Origin: Nitrospirota bacterium
GTDB lineage: Bacteria; Nitrospirota; UBA9217
Length of the DNA: 64,000 bases
Direction of reading: 5' to 3'
Assembly (NCBI GenBank): GCA_963790205.1
Contig: CAWBNQ010000001.1
Span: forward strand, 416,001 to 480,000
Part shown: piece after piece, positions 20,944-30,003 of the stretch
Layout: every line of letters starts with the position of its first letter
How positions within the stretch are numbered: position 1 is the stretch's first letter
Made by a program: the position numbers and the translations under genes
Notes under the pieces: generated by a model
Database searches by the model: none
Seen by the model: the letters and a program-made list of their open reading frames with translations, nothing else
Told to the model about the DNA's origin: nothing

Positions 20944-21852
20944 ATGCCCCCTAAAACGGTCGCCATCATAGGCGCAGGTCGTGTCGGCAGTTCAGTGGGG
21001 TTCCTGCTCAAGCGGGCAGGATATGCCGTCACCGCAGTAGCGGCACGAACCGCGGCGGCAGCAGAAAAGGCCTCGGCTTTTATCGGCGGGGGAGACCCTC
21101 TTGTCGATGTTATAAAGGCAGCGTCCAAAGCAGAGATCGTTTTTATCACTACGCCGGACAGGGACATTAGAGAAGTCTGCGACACGATATCAACCAACGG
21201 TGGGTTGAAGCGCGGGTCACTCGCGGTACACATGTCCGGCGCTCACTCGCTCGATCTCCTGAATGCGGCACGAAAAGCAGGTTCCTATCGGGCGGTGATT
21301 CATCCGCTCCAGTCGCTGGCGAGCAAAGAGCAGGGTATCAAGAACCTCCCGGGCTCGTACTTCCGTATCGAAGCAGACCCCGAGGCGCTGAAGACGGCGA
21401 AAGATATCGTGAAGGCGCTGGACGGCATCGAGCTGGTAATGCCGAAGTGGAGTTCAGATAAGGAGTCAGCCGCCCTCTATCACGCAGGTGCGGTCGCGGT
21501 ATCGAACTACTTCGTGGCCCTTGTTGACTACGGCTTAAAGTTTTATCAGGCGTTGGGCGCCGACAAAAAGGAGGCGTTCAACGCAGTGCTTCCGCTTATC
21601 CGGGGGACGCTTGACAATATCGAGACGCTCGGCATCCCCGACGCGCTCACCGGTCCGATCATGCGGGGCGATGTGCAGACCGTGCGCGACCACCTCGATG
21701 CCATGCAGAAGCGGACGCCGGAGCTGACGGGCCTTTATAAGGAACTGGCGCGTCAGACAGTGTCCGTGGCCAGGGACAAAGGAAGCATCACCCGGGAGAA
21801 GGCGGAGGAACTTTTGAAGCTGGTGAAAAACGAGAAAAGCCGTGAGGAGTAA
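20944..21852 (+). CDS. Rossmann-like + DUF2520 oxidoreductase (possible PanG-type ketopantoate reductase)
   Basis: IIGAGRVG, HMSGA, HPLQS, YHAGAV, ALTGPIMRGD. Confidence 0.85.
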   Translation: MPPKTVAIIGAGRVGSSVGFLLKRAGYAVTAVAARTAAAAEKASAFIGGGDPLVDVIKAASKAEIVFITTPDRDIREVCDTISTNGGLKRGSLAVHMSGAHSLDLLNAARKAGSYRAVIHPLQSLASKEQGIKNLPGSYFRIEADPEALKTAKDIVKALDGIELVMPKWSSDKESAALYHAGAVAVSNYFVALVDYGLKFYQALGADKKEAFNAVLPLIRGTLDNIETLGIPDALTGPIMRGDVQTVRDHLDAMQKRTPELTGLYKELARQTVSVARDKGSITREKAEELLKLVKNEKSREE

Positions 21853-21903
21853 GGAGTAAGGAGATTAAATCTTAAACCCTCTTCTTACACCTGATGCCTC
21901 ACG
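21841..21903. repeat. 7-bp micro-repeat cassette with inverted arms (CGTGAGG family)
   Basis: CGTGAGG AGTAAGG AGTAAGG ... TCTTACA CCTGATG CCTCACG. Confidence 0.7.
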
Positions 21904-21944
21904 AGAAGTTATAGATTCAGATTCGAAAGGAGAAGTTTCAGAAC

Positions 21945-22733
21945 ATGATAATTATCGGAGAAAAGATAAGCGTTATCGCGAAGAAAGTGCGCGAGGCCCT
22001 CACGAAGTTCGATCCCAAACCGCTCCAGGAACTGGCCGTGGCGCAGGCCAAAGCCGGCGCGAATTTTATCGACATTTCCATCGGCCCGGCCGAGGAGAAC
22101 GGCCCCAAGCTCATGGATTGGGCGGTGAAAGTCCTGCAGGAAGCGGTGGAAAAGCCGCTCTGCCTCGACACCACGAACATCAAGGCCATGGAGGCGGGTC
22201 TCAAGGCGCACAACAACGCGTGGGGAGTGCCGATCATCAATTCCACGTCCAACGAGCCGGAACGCTTCCCGATGATGGAGCTCGCGGGCAAGTACAATGC
22301 CAAGATCATCGCGCTTACCCTGGGCAAGGGCAGCATCCCCGCGGACGCCGAGGACCGCTGCGGCATTGCGGCCGAGATCATGGCCCGCGCCATGGAGAAC
22401 GGCGTGCCTATGGAGAACCTTTTCCTCGACCCCCTCATCCTCCAGCTGTGCACCATGCAGGACCAGGGGCTCCAGGCGATCAGGGCCGTCAAGATGTTCC
22501 AGCAACTGAACGATCCGCCCATGCAGACGGTAGTCGGGCTTTCCAATATTTCGAATGGCGCGCCTAAGCACGTTCGGCCCATTATCAACCGAAATTTCCT
22601 TACGATGCTCATCTACGAGGGGCTTTCGGCCGCGATCATCGACCCGCTCGATAAGGACATGATGGACACGGTCAAGACCACGGAGATGATTATGGGTAAA
22701 AGCATGTATGCCCATTCGTACCTGGACATGTAG
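21945..22733 (+). CDS. acsE: Methyl-THF:corrinoid/FeS protein methyltransferase
   Basis: MIIIGEKI, LCLDT, IINS, LFLDP, GLSNISNG, AAIIDP (pterin-binding barrel); next to acsD. Confidence 0.9.
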   Translation: MIIIGEKISVIAKKVREALTKFDPKPLQELAVAQAKAGANFIDISIGPAEENGPKLMDWAVKVLQEAVEKPLCLDTTNIKAMEAGLKAHNNAWGVPIINSTSNEPERFPMMELAGKYNAKIIALTLGKGSIPADAEDRCGIAAEIMARAMENGVPMENLFLDPLILQLCTMQDQGLQAIRAVKMFQQLNDPPMQTVVGLSNISNGAPKHVRPIINRNFLTMLIYEGLSAAIIDPLDKDMMDTVKTTEMIMGKSMYAHSYLDM

Positions 22734-22778
22734 GCTACCGTCGGCCGGCGCCGGAGACTGAACCGGTAAACGAACCCT

Positions 22779-22807
22779 TTGACATTCCGGCAGCATCACT
22801 TTATAAT
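22779..22807 (+). promoter_or_regulatory. Consensus sigma70 promoter for acsD onward
   Basis: Exact TTGACA(22779-84)-N17-TATAAT(22802-07). Confidence 0.8.
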
Positions 22808-22850
22808 ACACGGGCATTTTTCGTTTTTTACAAATAATCAGGAGGCTTTC

Positions 22851-23789
22851 ATGGCACTGGTAATACCAAAAGAAACCTACAGCGGAAAGATCTATAACGT
22901 TCAGCTCGGAGGCGGAGCAAAGGCCGTTACGATCGGGGGTGCGAACGCGCTTCCCTTCCTGGGATTCGAGGGTACGTTCCCGAACAGGACGGCCGTGGCG
23001 CTTGAGATCATGGACATTGCGCCGGATGACTGGCCCGAGACCCTGAAGAAAGCGATTGGCGGAGCATCGGCAAGCCCCGTGCAGTGGGCGAAGTTCTGCC
23101 AGCAGAGCGGCGCGGACATGGTGGCGCTCAGGCTCATGGGCACCCACCCCGACCAGCAGAACAAGAGCCCCGAAGAGGCGGCAAAGGTAGCGGCGGATGT
23201 CGCCGCAGCGATCGATATTCCGCTCATCATTCTCGGCAGCGGACAGGCCGAGAAGGACACGCAGGTGCTCCAGGCCGCTGCTGCTGCCACGCGCGGGAAA
23301 AACTGCGCTATCGGCAAGGCCGTGGAAGAGAATTACAAGACCGTAGCGGCCGCGGTCATGGCGAACGACCACAAGCTGATCGCCATGAGCCAGCTCGACG
23401 TGAACCTGGCCAAGCAGCTGAACATCCTCCTCACCCAGATGGGTTTCGACAAGGAGCGCATCATCATGGACCCCATGTCCTCGGCCCTGGGATACGGTCT
23501 CGAATATACCTACAGCGTGATGGAACGCATCCGCCTGGCGGCGCTCTTGCAGAATGATCCCATGATGCAGACTCCGATCGTTTGCGACATCGGCTTAAAC
23601 GTCTGGAAGGTCAAAGAGACCATGGCGCCTGATGCCGAGATGCCGGAATGGGGCGGCCTCGAAGACCGCGCCCTGGCATGGGAGGCGGTCACCGCTTCGG
23701 CCATGATTACGGCCGGCGCTGACCTGCTGATCATGCGTCATCCCGGCGCAGCGGCAAAGGCAAAGGAAGTCATCGCCGAGCTGATGTAA
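22851..23789 (+). CDS. acsD: Corrinoid iron-sulfur protein small subunit
   Basis: DVNLAKQLNI, IMDP..ALGYGLEY.YSVMERIRLAAL, GADLLIMRHP; GGAGG RBS. Confidence 0.95.
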   Translation: MALVIPKETYSGKIYNVQLGGGAKAVTIGGANALPFLGFEGTFPNRTAVALEIMDIAPDDWPETLKKAIGGASASPVQWAKFCQQSGADMVALRLMGTHPDQQNKSPEEAAKVAADVAAAIDIPLIILGSGQAEKDTQVLQAAAAATRGKNCAIGKAVEENYKTVAAAVMANDHKLIAMSQLDVNLAKQLNILLTQMGFDKERIIMDPMSSALGYGLEYTYSVMERIRLAALLQNDPMMQTPIVCDIGLNVWKVKETMAPDAEMPEWGGLEDRALAWEAVTASAMITAGADLLIMRHPGAAAKAKEVIAELM

Positions 23790-23795
23790 AACATG

Positions 23796-23866
23796 GAAGT
23801 TAAGAAGGTGAGAAGATAGGAATAAAACCTTTTTTCATCTTCCCCGCTTCCCAAGTTCTCAACTTC
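23796..23866. repeat. 8-bp micro-repeat cassette with inverted arms (GAAGnTRR family)
   Basis: GAAGTTAA GAAGGTGA GAAGATAG ... TCATCTTC CCCGCTTC CCAAGTTC TCAACTTC. Confidence 0.7.
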
Positions 23867-23892
23867 AGGTTTATTGAAAGGAGCACAAAATA

Positions 23893-25233
23893 ATGGCACT
23901 CTCCGGAGTCGAAATATTCAAGCATCTGCCCAAGACAAATTGCAAAAAATGCGGACACCCGACCTGTCTTGCCTTTGCCATGAAACTTGCGGCCAAGCAG
24001 GCGAGCCTCGACGCCTGCCCGGACGCGTCCGAGGACGCGAAGAAGATACTGGGCGAGTCAGCCGCTCCGCCGATCCGGGACATAACTCTCGGTGTCGGAG
24101 ACAAGGCTGTGAAGGTCGGCGGCGAGATCTGCATGTTCCGGCATGAGAAGAAATTCTTTAACCCGAACGTGTTCGCCGTTGCGATCAAGGCCTCCGAGGC
24201 CGGTGACGCCGCTGCCAGGAAGATCGAGGCGGTAAAGACCTCCGAGATCGACCGCGTCGGCCAGAAACTCAGGGTCGATGCGATTGCCGTGACCGACGAG
24301 GGCGGCGACGCAGCAAAGTTCGCTTCCGTAGTAAAGCAGGTGGTGGACGGTGCGCCCGGCGTGCCGGTCATCCTGGTCAGCAAGAACCCCGCGACCATCG
24401 AAGCTGGGATAGCGCACTGCGCTGACAAGAAGCCGCTGATCTATGCCGCGACCACGGAAAATGCCGAAGCCATGGCAAAGATCGCCAAGGAAAAGAAGGC
24501 CTCCCTGGCCATCGCAGCCGACGGGCTGGATGCGCTCACCGCCCTTTCAGAAAAGGTAAAGGCCCTCGGCATAGACGACCTGATACTCGATTCCGGCGCG
24601 CGTAAAGCAAAGGACATGATCGAACATTTTACCATTATCCGGCGTGCGGCCATCAAAAAGAATTTCAAACCCCTGGGCTATCCGGTCATCACGTTCGCTA
24701 CCCGTGACAACACGGTTGCCGAGGCCATGACCGCTGCGGTTGCAACGATGAAGTATGCCTCGATCGTCATCCTGAACAATGTCGAGAAGTGGAAGATGCT
24801 CGCGCTCCTGTCGCTCAGGCAGAACATCTACACCGACCCGCAGGTCCCGATGCAGGTCGCGCAGAACATCTACAAGGTCGGCGACGCCAAGGACAACTCG
24901 CCGCTCATGATCACCACCAATTTCTCGCTCTCGTACTTCATCGTGCGCGGCGAGGTGGAGAACAGCAAGGTGCCGTCATGGCTCGCGGTCATGGACAACG
25001 AAGGGCTCTCGGTCCTGACGGCCTGGGCCGCGGGAAAATTCACGGCAAGCAAGATCGCGCAGTTCGTGACAGAGAGCGGCGTTGAGAAGAACATCAGCCA
25101 CAAGGAGCTCATCATTCCCGGCTACGTGGCCGTGCTCTCCGGCGCGCTTGAAGAAAAGCTGCCGGGCTGGAAGATCACCGTGGGACCGCGCGAAGCGAAC
25201 CAGCTTCCGACCTTTCTGAAGGCGAGAGCGTAA
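23893..25233 (+). CDS. acsC: Corrinoid iron-sulfur protein large subunit
   Basis: LPKTNCKKCGHPTCLAFA..CP, RQNIYTDPQ, TTNFSLSYF, SVLTAWAAGKF, VGPREA. Confidence 0.96.
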   Translation: MALSGVEIFKHLPKTNCKKCGHPTCLAFAMKLAAKQASLDACPDASEDAKKILGESAAPPIRDITLGVGDKAVKVGGEICMFRHEKKFFNPNVFAVAIKASEAGDAAARKIEAVKTSEIDRVGQKLRVDAIAVTDEGGDAAKFASVVKQVVDGAPGVPVILVSKNPATIEAGIAHCADKKPLIYAATTENAEAMAKIAKEKKASLAIAADGLDALTALSEKVKALGIDDLILDSGARKAKDMIEHFTIIRRAAIKKNFKPLGYPVITFATRDNTVAEAMTAAVATMKYASIVILNNVEKWKMLALLSLRQNIYTDPQVPMQVAQNIYKVGDAKDNSPLMITTNFSLSYFIVRGEVENSKVPSWLAVMDNEGLSVLTAWAAGKFTASKIAQFVTESGVEKNISHKELIIPGYVAVLSGALEEKLPGWKITVGPREANQLPTFLKARA

Positions 25234-25243
25234 AAATAGATTC

Positions 25244-25297
25244 ACCACAGAGAGCACCGAGAAAAACTTTTTAGACTACCTCTGTAACCTCTGTGGC
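25244..25297. repeat. 9-bp micro-repeat cassette with inverted arms (ACCACAGAG family)
   Basis: ACCACAGAG AGCACCGAG ... CTCTGTAAC CTCTGTGGC. Confidence 0.75.
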
Positions 25298-25320
25298 TAA
25301 AAAGCATTTTAAAGGAGTCA

Positions 25321-27525
25321 ATGATGTCAAAAGTTATTGCCAGCGGGGCCATTCTGGGTTCCCACTACTATGTCAAGCAGGCCGAGGCGCTTGTCGAGAA
25401 GGCCATTTCCGAGAAGGGCGCGGATTTTAAATTTGAGTTTCCCGATACGGGATACTTCCTGCCGCAGATGTTCGCCATGACGGGCTTCGAGGTCCGCACC
25501 CTGGGCGATATGAAGACCGCGCTGGAGCAGCAGGTGAAGCCGCTCCTCACGGATGCGCCGGCAGACCACCTCTACAAGCCCTATCTGGGCGAAGCGCTCG
25601 ACGCGGGCATGGCGGCCCTTTTTGCCCAGGAAATGATCATGGCGATCCGGTACATCTACGGGCAGGAGCCGGTGAAGGACGATTCGATCGGCCTGACCTA
25701 CAACGGCTTCATCTCCGACACCATCCTTCGTAACCTGGGCGTGCAACTCGTGGATGGCTCCATGCCGGGGTATGTCTGCATCATCGGGGCGGCCAATGAC
25801 GACGATCACGCCCTCGAGATCGCGCGCGAACTCCAGCAGAAGAACATTCTTACGCTTATGTGCGGCAACGTGAACGGCGACAGCATGACCAAACAGCTCC
25901 TCAGGAAGGGCGTGCAACTCGGCTGGGACACGCGCCTGGTTCCCCTCGGACCGGAAGTGGAGCACGCCATCTACGCACTGAACTGGGCGGCGCGCGCCGG
26001 GATCACCTTCGGCGGCATGAAGGGCGGTGATTTCAAAAGAATCCTGAAATACTCCAAGGACAAGGTGTTCGCCTTCGCCATGGTGCTGGGCCCGTTGAAC
26101 GACCGCATCTGGACCACGGGCGCGGGCGCGATCAACATGGGCTTCCCGGCCATCGCAAACACCGACATCCCGACCATCCATCCCACGGGCGTCACGATCT
26201 ATGAAGAGGTCGCCAAAGAACTCGACCCCAAGAAGATCGTCGAAAAATGCATCGAGGTCCGTGGCCTCAAAATTACGGTCTCGAAGCCCCCCATCCCGGT
26301 CGCCTACGGCCCGGCCTTTGAGGGCGAGCGCATCCGCAAAGAAGATATGCATATCGAGTTTGGAGGCCAGCGGACCCCTGCCTTTGAATGGCTTCATACC
26401 GTGGACCTGAACAGCATCGAGGACGGCAAGGTCACGATTATCGGGAGCGATCCCGAGGCCCGGTACCAGAAGGGCGGACAGATGCCGCTCGGCGTGTACG
26501 TCGAGGTCGGGGGCCGCAAGATGCAGAAGGATTTCGAGCCTGTGCTCGAGCGCAAGATACACCACTTCATCAATGAAGCGCAGGGCATCTGGCACATGGG
26601 TCAGCGCGATCAGAACTGGTTCCGCGTCAGCAAAGCCGCGTTGAGTGAAGGATACCAGCTGCGCCATTTCGGCGACATCCTGGCAACCCAACTGAAGCAT
26701 AAGTTCAACAACATCGTAGACAAGGTGCAGGTGACTCTCTACGTGGACGAGGCCGATGTAAAATCGAAACTTGAAGAGGCCCGCAAGGCATATCTGGAGC
26801 GCGATGTCCGGCTCGCCTCCATGACGGATGAGTCCGTGGACACCTTCTACTCCTGCATCCTCTGCCAGAGCTTTGCGCCGAACCATGTGTGCGTGGTTTC
26901 CCCCGAGCGGCTCGGTCTCTGCGGGGCGTACAACTGGCTCGATGCCAAAGCGGCCTTCGAGATCGACCCGAACGGTGCGAACCAGCCCGTGATCAAGGGC
27001 GAGGTGTTGGATGACAAGAAGGGCCGCTGGAAGGGCGTGGACGAATACGTGTACACGAACTCGCACCAGGCCCTCGAGTACTTCAACGCCTACACCATCA
27101 TGGATGCACCCATGACCTCCTGCGGCTGCTTCGAGTGCATCGTGGCCATCGTGCCCGAGGCGAACGGCGTGATGGTCGTGAACCGCGGTTATACCGGCAT
27201 GACCCCCATCGGCATGAAGTTCTCCACCCTCGCGGGCACGGTGGGCGGCGGAGCGCAGACCCCGGGTTTCATGGGCATCGGCCGGTTCTTTCTTACGAGC
27301 AATAAATTTCTCTCGGCGGACGGCGGGTTCAAACGCATCGTCTGGATGACCAAGAACCTCAAAGAGTCCTTTGCCGAGGTATTCAAGAAGCGGGCCGAGC
27401 AAGAGGGTATTCCCGATCTTTTGGACAAGATCGCCGATGAGACCGTGGCTGAAGATTCGGACAAACTCATGGCTTTCCTGACAGAAAAGGGCCATCCGGC
27501 GCTCACCATGGATCCGATGTTCTAG
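25321..27525 (+). CDS. acsB: Acetyl-CoA synthase (bacterial type)
   Basis: FPDTGYFLP, AFEGERIRK, CILCQSFAPNHVC, LGLCGA, A-cluster PMTSCGCFEC. Confidence 0.97.
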   Translation: MMSKVIASGAILGSHYYVKQAEALVEKAISEKGADFKFEFPDTGYFLPQMFAMTGFEVRTLGDMKTALEQQVKPLLTDAPADHLYKPYLGEALDAGMAALFAQEMIMAIRYIYGQEPVKDDSIGLTYNGFISDTILRNLGVQLVDGSMPGYVCIIGAANDDDHALEIARELQQKNILTLMCGNVNGDSMTKQLLRKGVQLGWDTRLVPLGPEVEHAIYALNWAARAGITFGGMKGGDFKRILKYSKDKVFAFAMVLGPLNDRIWTTGAGAINMGFPAIANTDIPTIHPTGVTIYEEVAKELDPKKIVEKCIEVRGLKITVSKPPIPVAYGPAFEGERIRKEDMHIEFGGQRTPAFEWLHTVDLNSIEDGKVTIIGSDPEARYQKGGQMPLGVYVEVGGRKMQKDFEPVLERKIHHFINEAQGIWHMGQRDQNWFRVSKAALSEGYQLRHFGDILATQLKHKFNNIVDKVQVTLYVDEADVKSKLEEARKAYLERDVRLASMTDESVDTFYSCILCQSFAPNHVCVVSPERLGLCGAYNWLDAKAAFEIDPNGANQPVIKGEVLDDKKGRWKGVDEYVYTNSHQALEYFNAYTIMDAPMTSCGCFECIVAIVPEANGVMVVNRGYTGMTPIGMKFSTLAGTVGGGAQTPGFMGIGRFFLTSNKFLSADGGFKRIVWMTKNLKESFAEVFKKRAEQEGIPDLLDKIADETVAEDSDKLMAFLTEKGHPALTMDPMF

Positions 27526-27545
27526 AAGAATCAGAACCCGGAAGG

Positions 27546-27615
27546 GGTCAGGCGTGAGGCGTGAGGGGCTTTTTAAATCCTCGTTCGCGCCACCCTGCCG
27601 CCTCCCGGCCTCCTT
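27546..27615. repeat. 7-bp micro-repeat cassette with inverted arms (CGTGAGG family)
   Basis: GGTCAGG CGTGAGG CGTGAGG ... CCTGCCG CCTCCCG G CCTCCTT. Confidence 0.6.
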
Positions 27616-27666
27616 GGCCGCCGGGAAAAATGAGGCGGCTATTTTTGTCTCAAGAGGAAGTGAACG

Positions 27667-28149
27667 ATGGAAAAAAAACTGGAAGGTATACTGTCGCGGT
27701 ACCGAGAAAACGAAGGGAACCTGATCTCGATCCTGCAGGACCTCGAGAGCGAATTCGGCTATCTGCGTGAAGACGCGATCAACTGGATCGCGGAGCAGCT
27801 CGATGTCCCCCCTGCGAAGTTTTACGGCATCGCGACGTTTTATGCGCAGTTCCATCTGAAGCCCAGGGGCAAGAATGTCATAACGGCCTGCTGCGGCACG
27901 GCCTGCCACGTCAAGGGGTCCGAGCGGCTGATCACCAGCCTCGTGAAAGAACTAGCCATTCCCGAAGGTGAGGAGACATCCGAAGACCTCAAGTTCACCG
28001 TGGAAAAGGTGAACTGTGTGGGAGCCTGCAGCATTGCCCCGGTCATCATCATCAATAAAACCGTGAACGGCAAGATGACGCCGGACAAGCTTATGAAAGA
28101 GATGAAGACCCTCAAGGAAGGGAAGCGGGAGTACACCGACTATATTTAA
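27667..28149 (+). CDS. NuoE/HydC-like [2Fe-2S] subunit
   Basis: ATFYAQF, CCGTACHVKG, NCVGACSIAP. Confidence 0.92.
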   Translation: MEKKLEGILSRYRENEGNLISILQDLESEFGYLREDAINWIAEQLDVPPAKFYGIATFYAQFHLKPRGKNVITACCGTACHVKGSERLITSLVKELAIPEGEETSEDLKFTVEKVNCVGACSIAPVIIINKTVNGKMTPDKLMKEMKTLKEGKREYTDYI

Positions 28150-28153
28150 ACAA

Positions 28154-28188
28154 CGGTTAACGGTTTAAACAGTTCAAACCGCTTAAAC
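28154..28188. repeat. 9-bp quasi-palindromic tandem units (CnGTTYAAA family)
   Basis: CGGTTAA CGGTTTAAA CAGTTCAAA CCGCTTAAA C. Confidence 0.65.
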
Positions 28189-28221
28189 GGCCAATAGGTT
28201 TCTATCCGGAGTAACGTAATC

Positions 28222-30000
28222 ATGAAGAAAGACGTTTCGATAAAAGTATGCATGGGCACGGGCGGGATCGCCGCGGGCGGCGTGGAGGTGATGTCCACGT
28301 TCGAGAAGGCGCTTGCTTCCGCCGGCATAAAAGCATCAGTGGCAAAGAACTGCTCAATGCATAAGGTCGGCTGCCGGGGCTTTTGCGCGCGCGACGTGCT
28401 GGTCGATGTGATCATCGACGGCGGCAAGTCCACGTACCAGTACATCAAGCCCGACATGGTCGAGCGGATCGTGCATGAACATATTGTCGGCGGCGCTCCC
28501 GTGGGCGACTGGCTCGTGACCGACGACTATCACACCTTCCACGACAAGCAGATCAAGGTTGTGCTCTCGGACTGCGGCGAAGTGGACCCCGAGGACATCG
28601 AATCCTATATTGCGCGCGGCGGCTACGAGGCGACCAAAAAGGTCCTTACGACCATGACCCCGCAGGAAACGATCGAGGTGATCAAGGCCTCGGGTCTTCG
28701 CGGCAGGGGCGGCGCGGGCTTCCCGACCGGCACCAAGTGGGACATGGCGATCAAGGCCCCGGGTCCGGTCAAGTACCTCATTTGTAATGCCGACGAAGGA
28801 GATCCGGGGGCGTTCATGGACCGCTCGGTCGTCGAAGGAAACCCGCATGCGGTCATCGAGGGCATGCTTATCGGCGCCTATGCCATCGGCGCGCCTTATG
28901 GTTATGTCTATATCAGGGCTGAATACCCCCTTGCAGTGGAGCGGCTTCACCTTGCGATCAAACAGGCGAAGGAGCGCGGGTTCCTCGGCAAGAATATTCT
29001 CGGCAAAGAGCTGGATTTTACGATCAAGGTAAAACTCGGAGCCGGCGCTTTCGTCTGCGGCGAAGAGACGGCGCTCATCGCTTCCATCGAAGGAAAGCGC
29101 GGCCAGCCCCGCGCCAAACCGCCGTTCCCGGTCCAGAAGGGGCTGTGGGGGAAGCCGACGATCATTAATAACGTCGAGACACTCGCGAATGTGCCCTACA
29201 TCATCCGGAAGGGCGCTTCGTGGTATGCCGGAATGGGGACCGAGAAAAGCAAGGGCACCAAGGTCTTTGCGCTTACCGGCAAGATACTGAACTCCGGACT
29301 GATCGAAGTCCCGATGGGCATCCCGCTCAAAGAAGTGATCTATGATATCGGCGGGGGCATCGAAGGGGGCAAAAAGCTCAAGGCCGTCCAGACCGGCGGG
29401 CCTTCCGGCGGCTGCATTCCCTCGAACATGATGGATACCACGCTGGATTATGAATCACTCGGAAAAGTCGGGTCCATCATGGGCTCGGGCGGCATGGTGG
29501 TGCTGGACGAGACCGACTGCATGGTGAATGTCGCCAAGTACTTTCTCGAGTTTACCAAATCCGAGTCCTGCGGCAAATGCATACCCTGCCGGATCGGGAC
29601 CAAACGGCTCCTGGAGATTTTGACGCGGATCACCGAAGGCAAGGGGAGGGAAGGCGATATCGAGCTCCTCGAGACCCTGAGCAGCGACGTGAAGACCTCG
29701 TCGCTCTGCGGCCTTGGTCAGAGCGCGCCGAATCCGGTCCTCTCCACGATCAGGTACTACCGTGATGAATACGAGGCGCACATTTACGAAAAGCGCTGCC
29801 CCGCCGGCGTATGCAAAGACCTTCTCTCCTATAGCATCCTGGAGGAATTTTGCAAAGGGTGCACGGCCTGCACACGGGTCTGTCCTGCCGGCGCCATCAT
29901 CGGCGAGAAGAAAAAGCCGCACAAGATCATCCAGGACATCTGCATCAAGTGCGGCGCCTGTTTCGAGACCTGCAAGTTCAAGGCGATAAAAAAAGGGTAA
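28222..30000 (+). CDS. NuoF/HydB-like FMN/NADH-binding FeS subunit
   Basis: GLRGRGGAGFP, NADEGDPGAFMDR, CGEETAL, GGPSGG, ESCGKCIPCR, two C-terminal CxxCxxCxxxC motifs. Confidence 0.95.
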   Translation: MKKDVSIKVCMGTGGIAAGGVEVMSTFEKALASAGIKASVAKNCSMHKVGCRGFCARDVLVDVIIDGGKSTYQYIKPDMVERIVHEHIVGGAPVGDWLVTDDYHTFHDKQIKVVLSDCGEVDPEDIESYIARGGYEATKKVLTTMTPQETIEVIKASGLRGRGGAGFPTGTKWDMAIKAPGPVKYLICNADEGDPGAFMDRSVVEGNPHAVIEGMLIGAYAIGAPYGYVYIRAEYPLAVERLHLAIKQAKERGFLGKNILGKELDFTIKVKLGAGAFVCGEETALIASIEGKRGQPRAKPPFPVQKGLWGKPTIINNVETLANVPYIIRKGASWYAGMGTEKSKGTKVFALTGKILNSGLIEVPMGIPLKEVIYDIGGGIEGGKKLKAVQTGGPSGGCIPSNMMDTTLDYESLGKVGSIMGSGGMVVLDETDCMVNVAKYFLEFTKSESCGKCIPCRIGTKRLLEILTRITEGKGREGDIELLETLSSDVKTSSLCGLGQSAPNPVLSTIRYYRDEYEAHIYEKRCPAGVCKDLLSYSILEEFCKGCTACTRVCPAGAIIGEKKKPHKIIQDICIKCGACFETCKFKAIKKG

Positions 30001-30003
30001 GGT

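Noticed and set aside
27667..30000. Respiratory complex I nuoEF or an [FeFe]-hydrogenase
   Set aside because: No other nuo genes and no H-cluster motifs; the partner is a molybdopterin FDH
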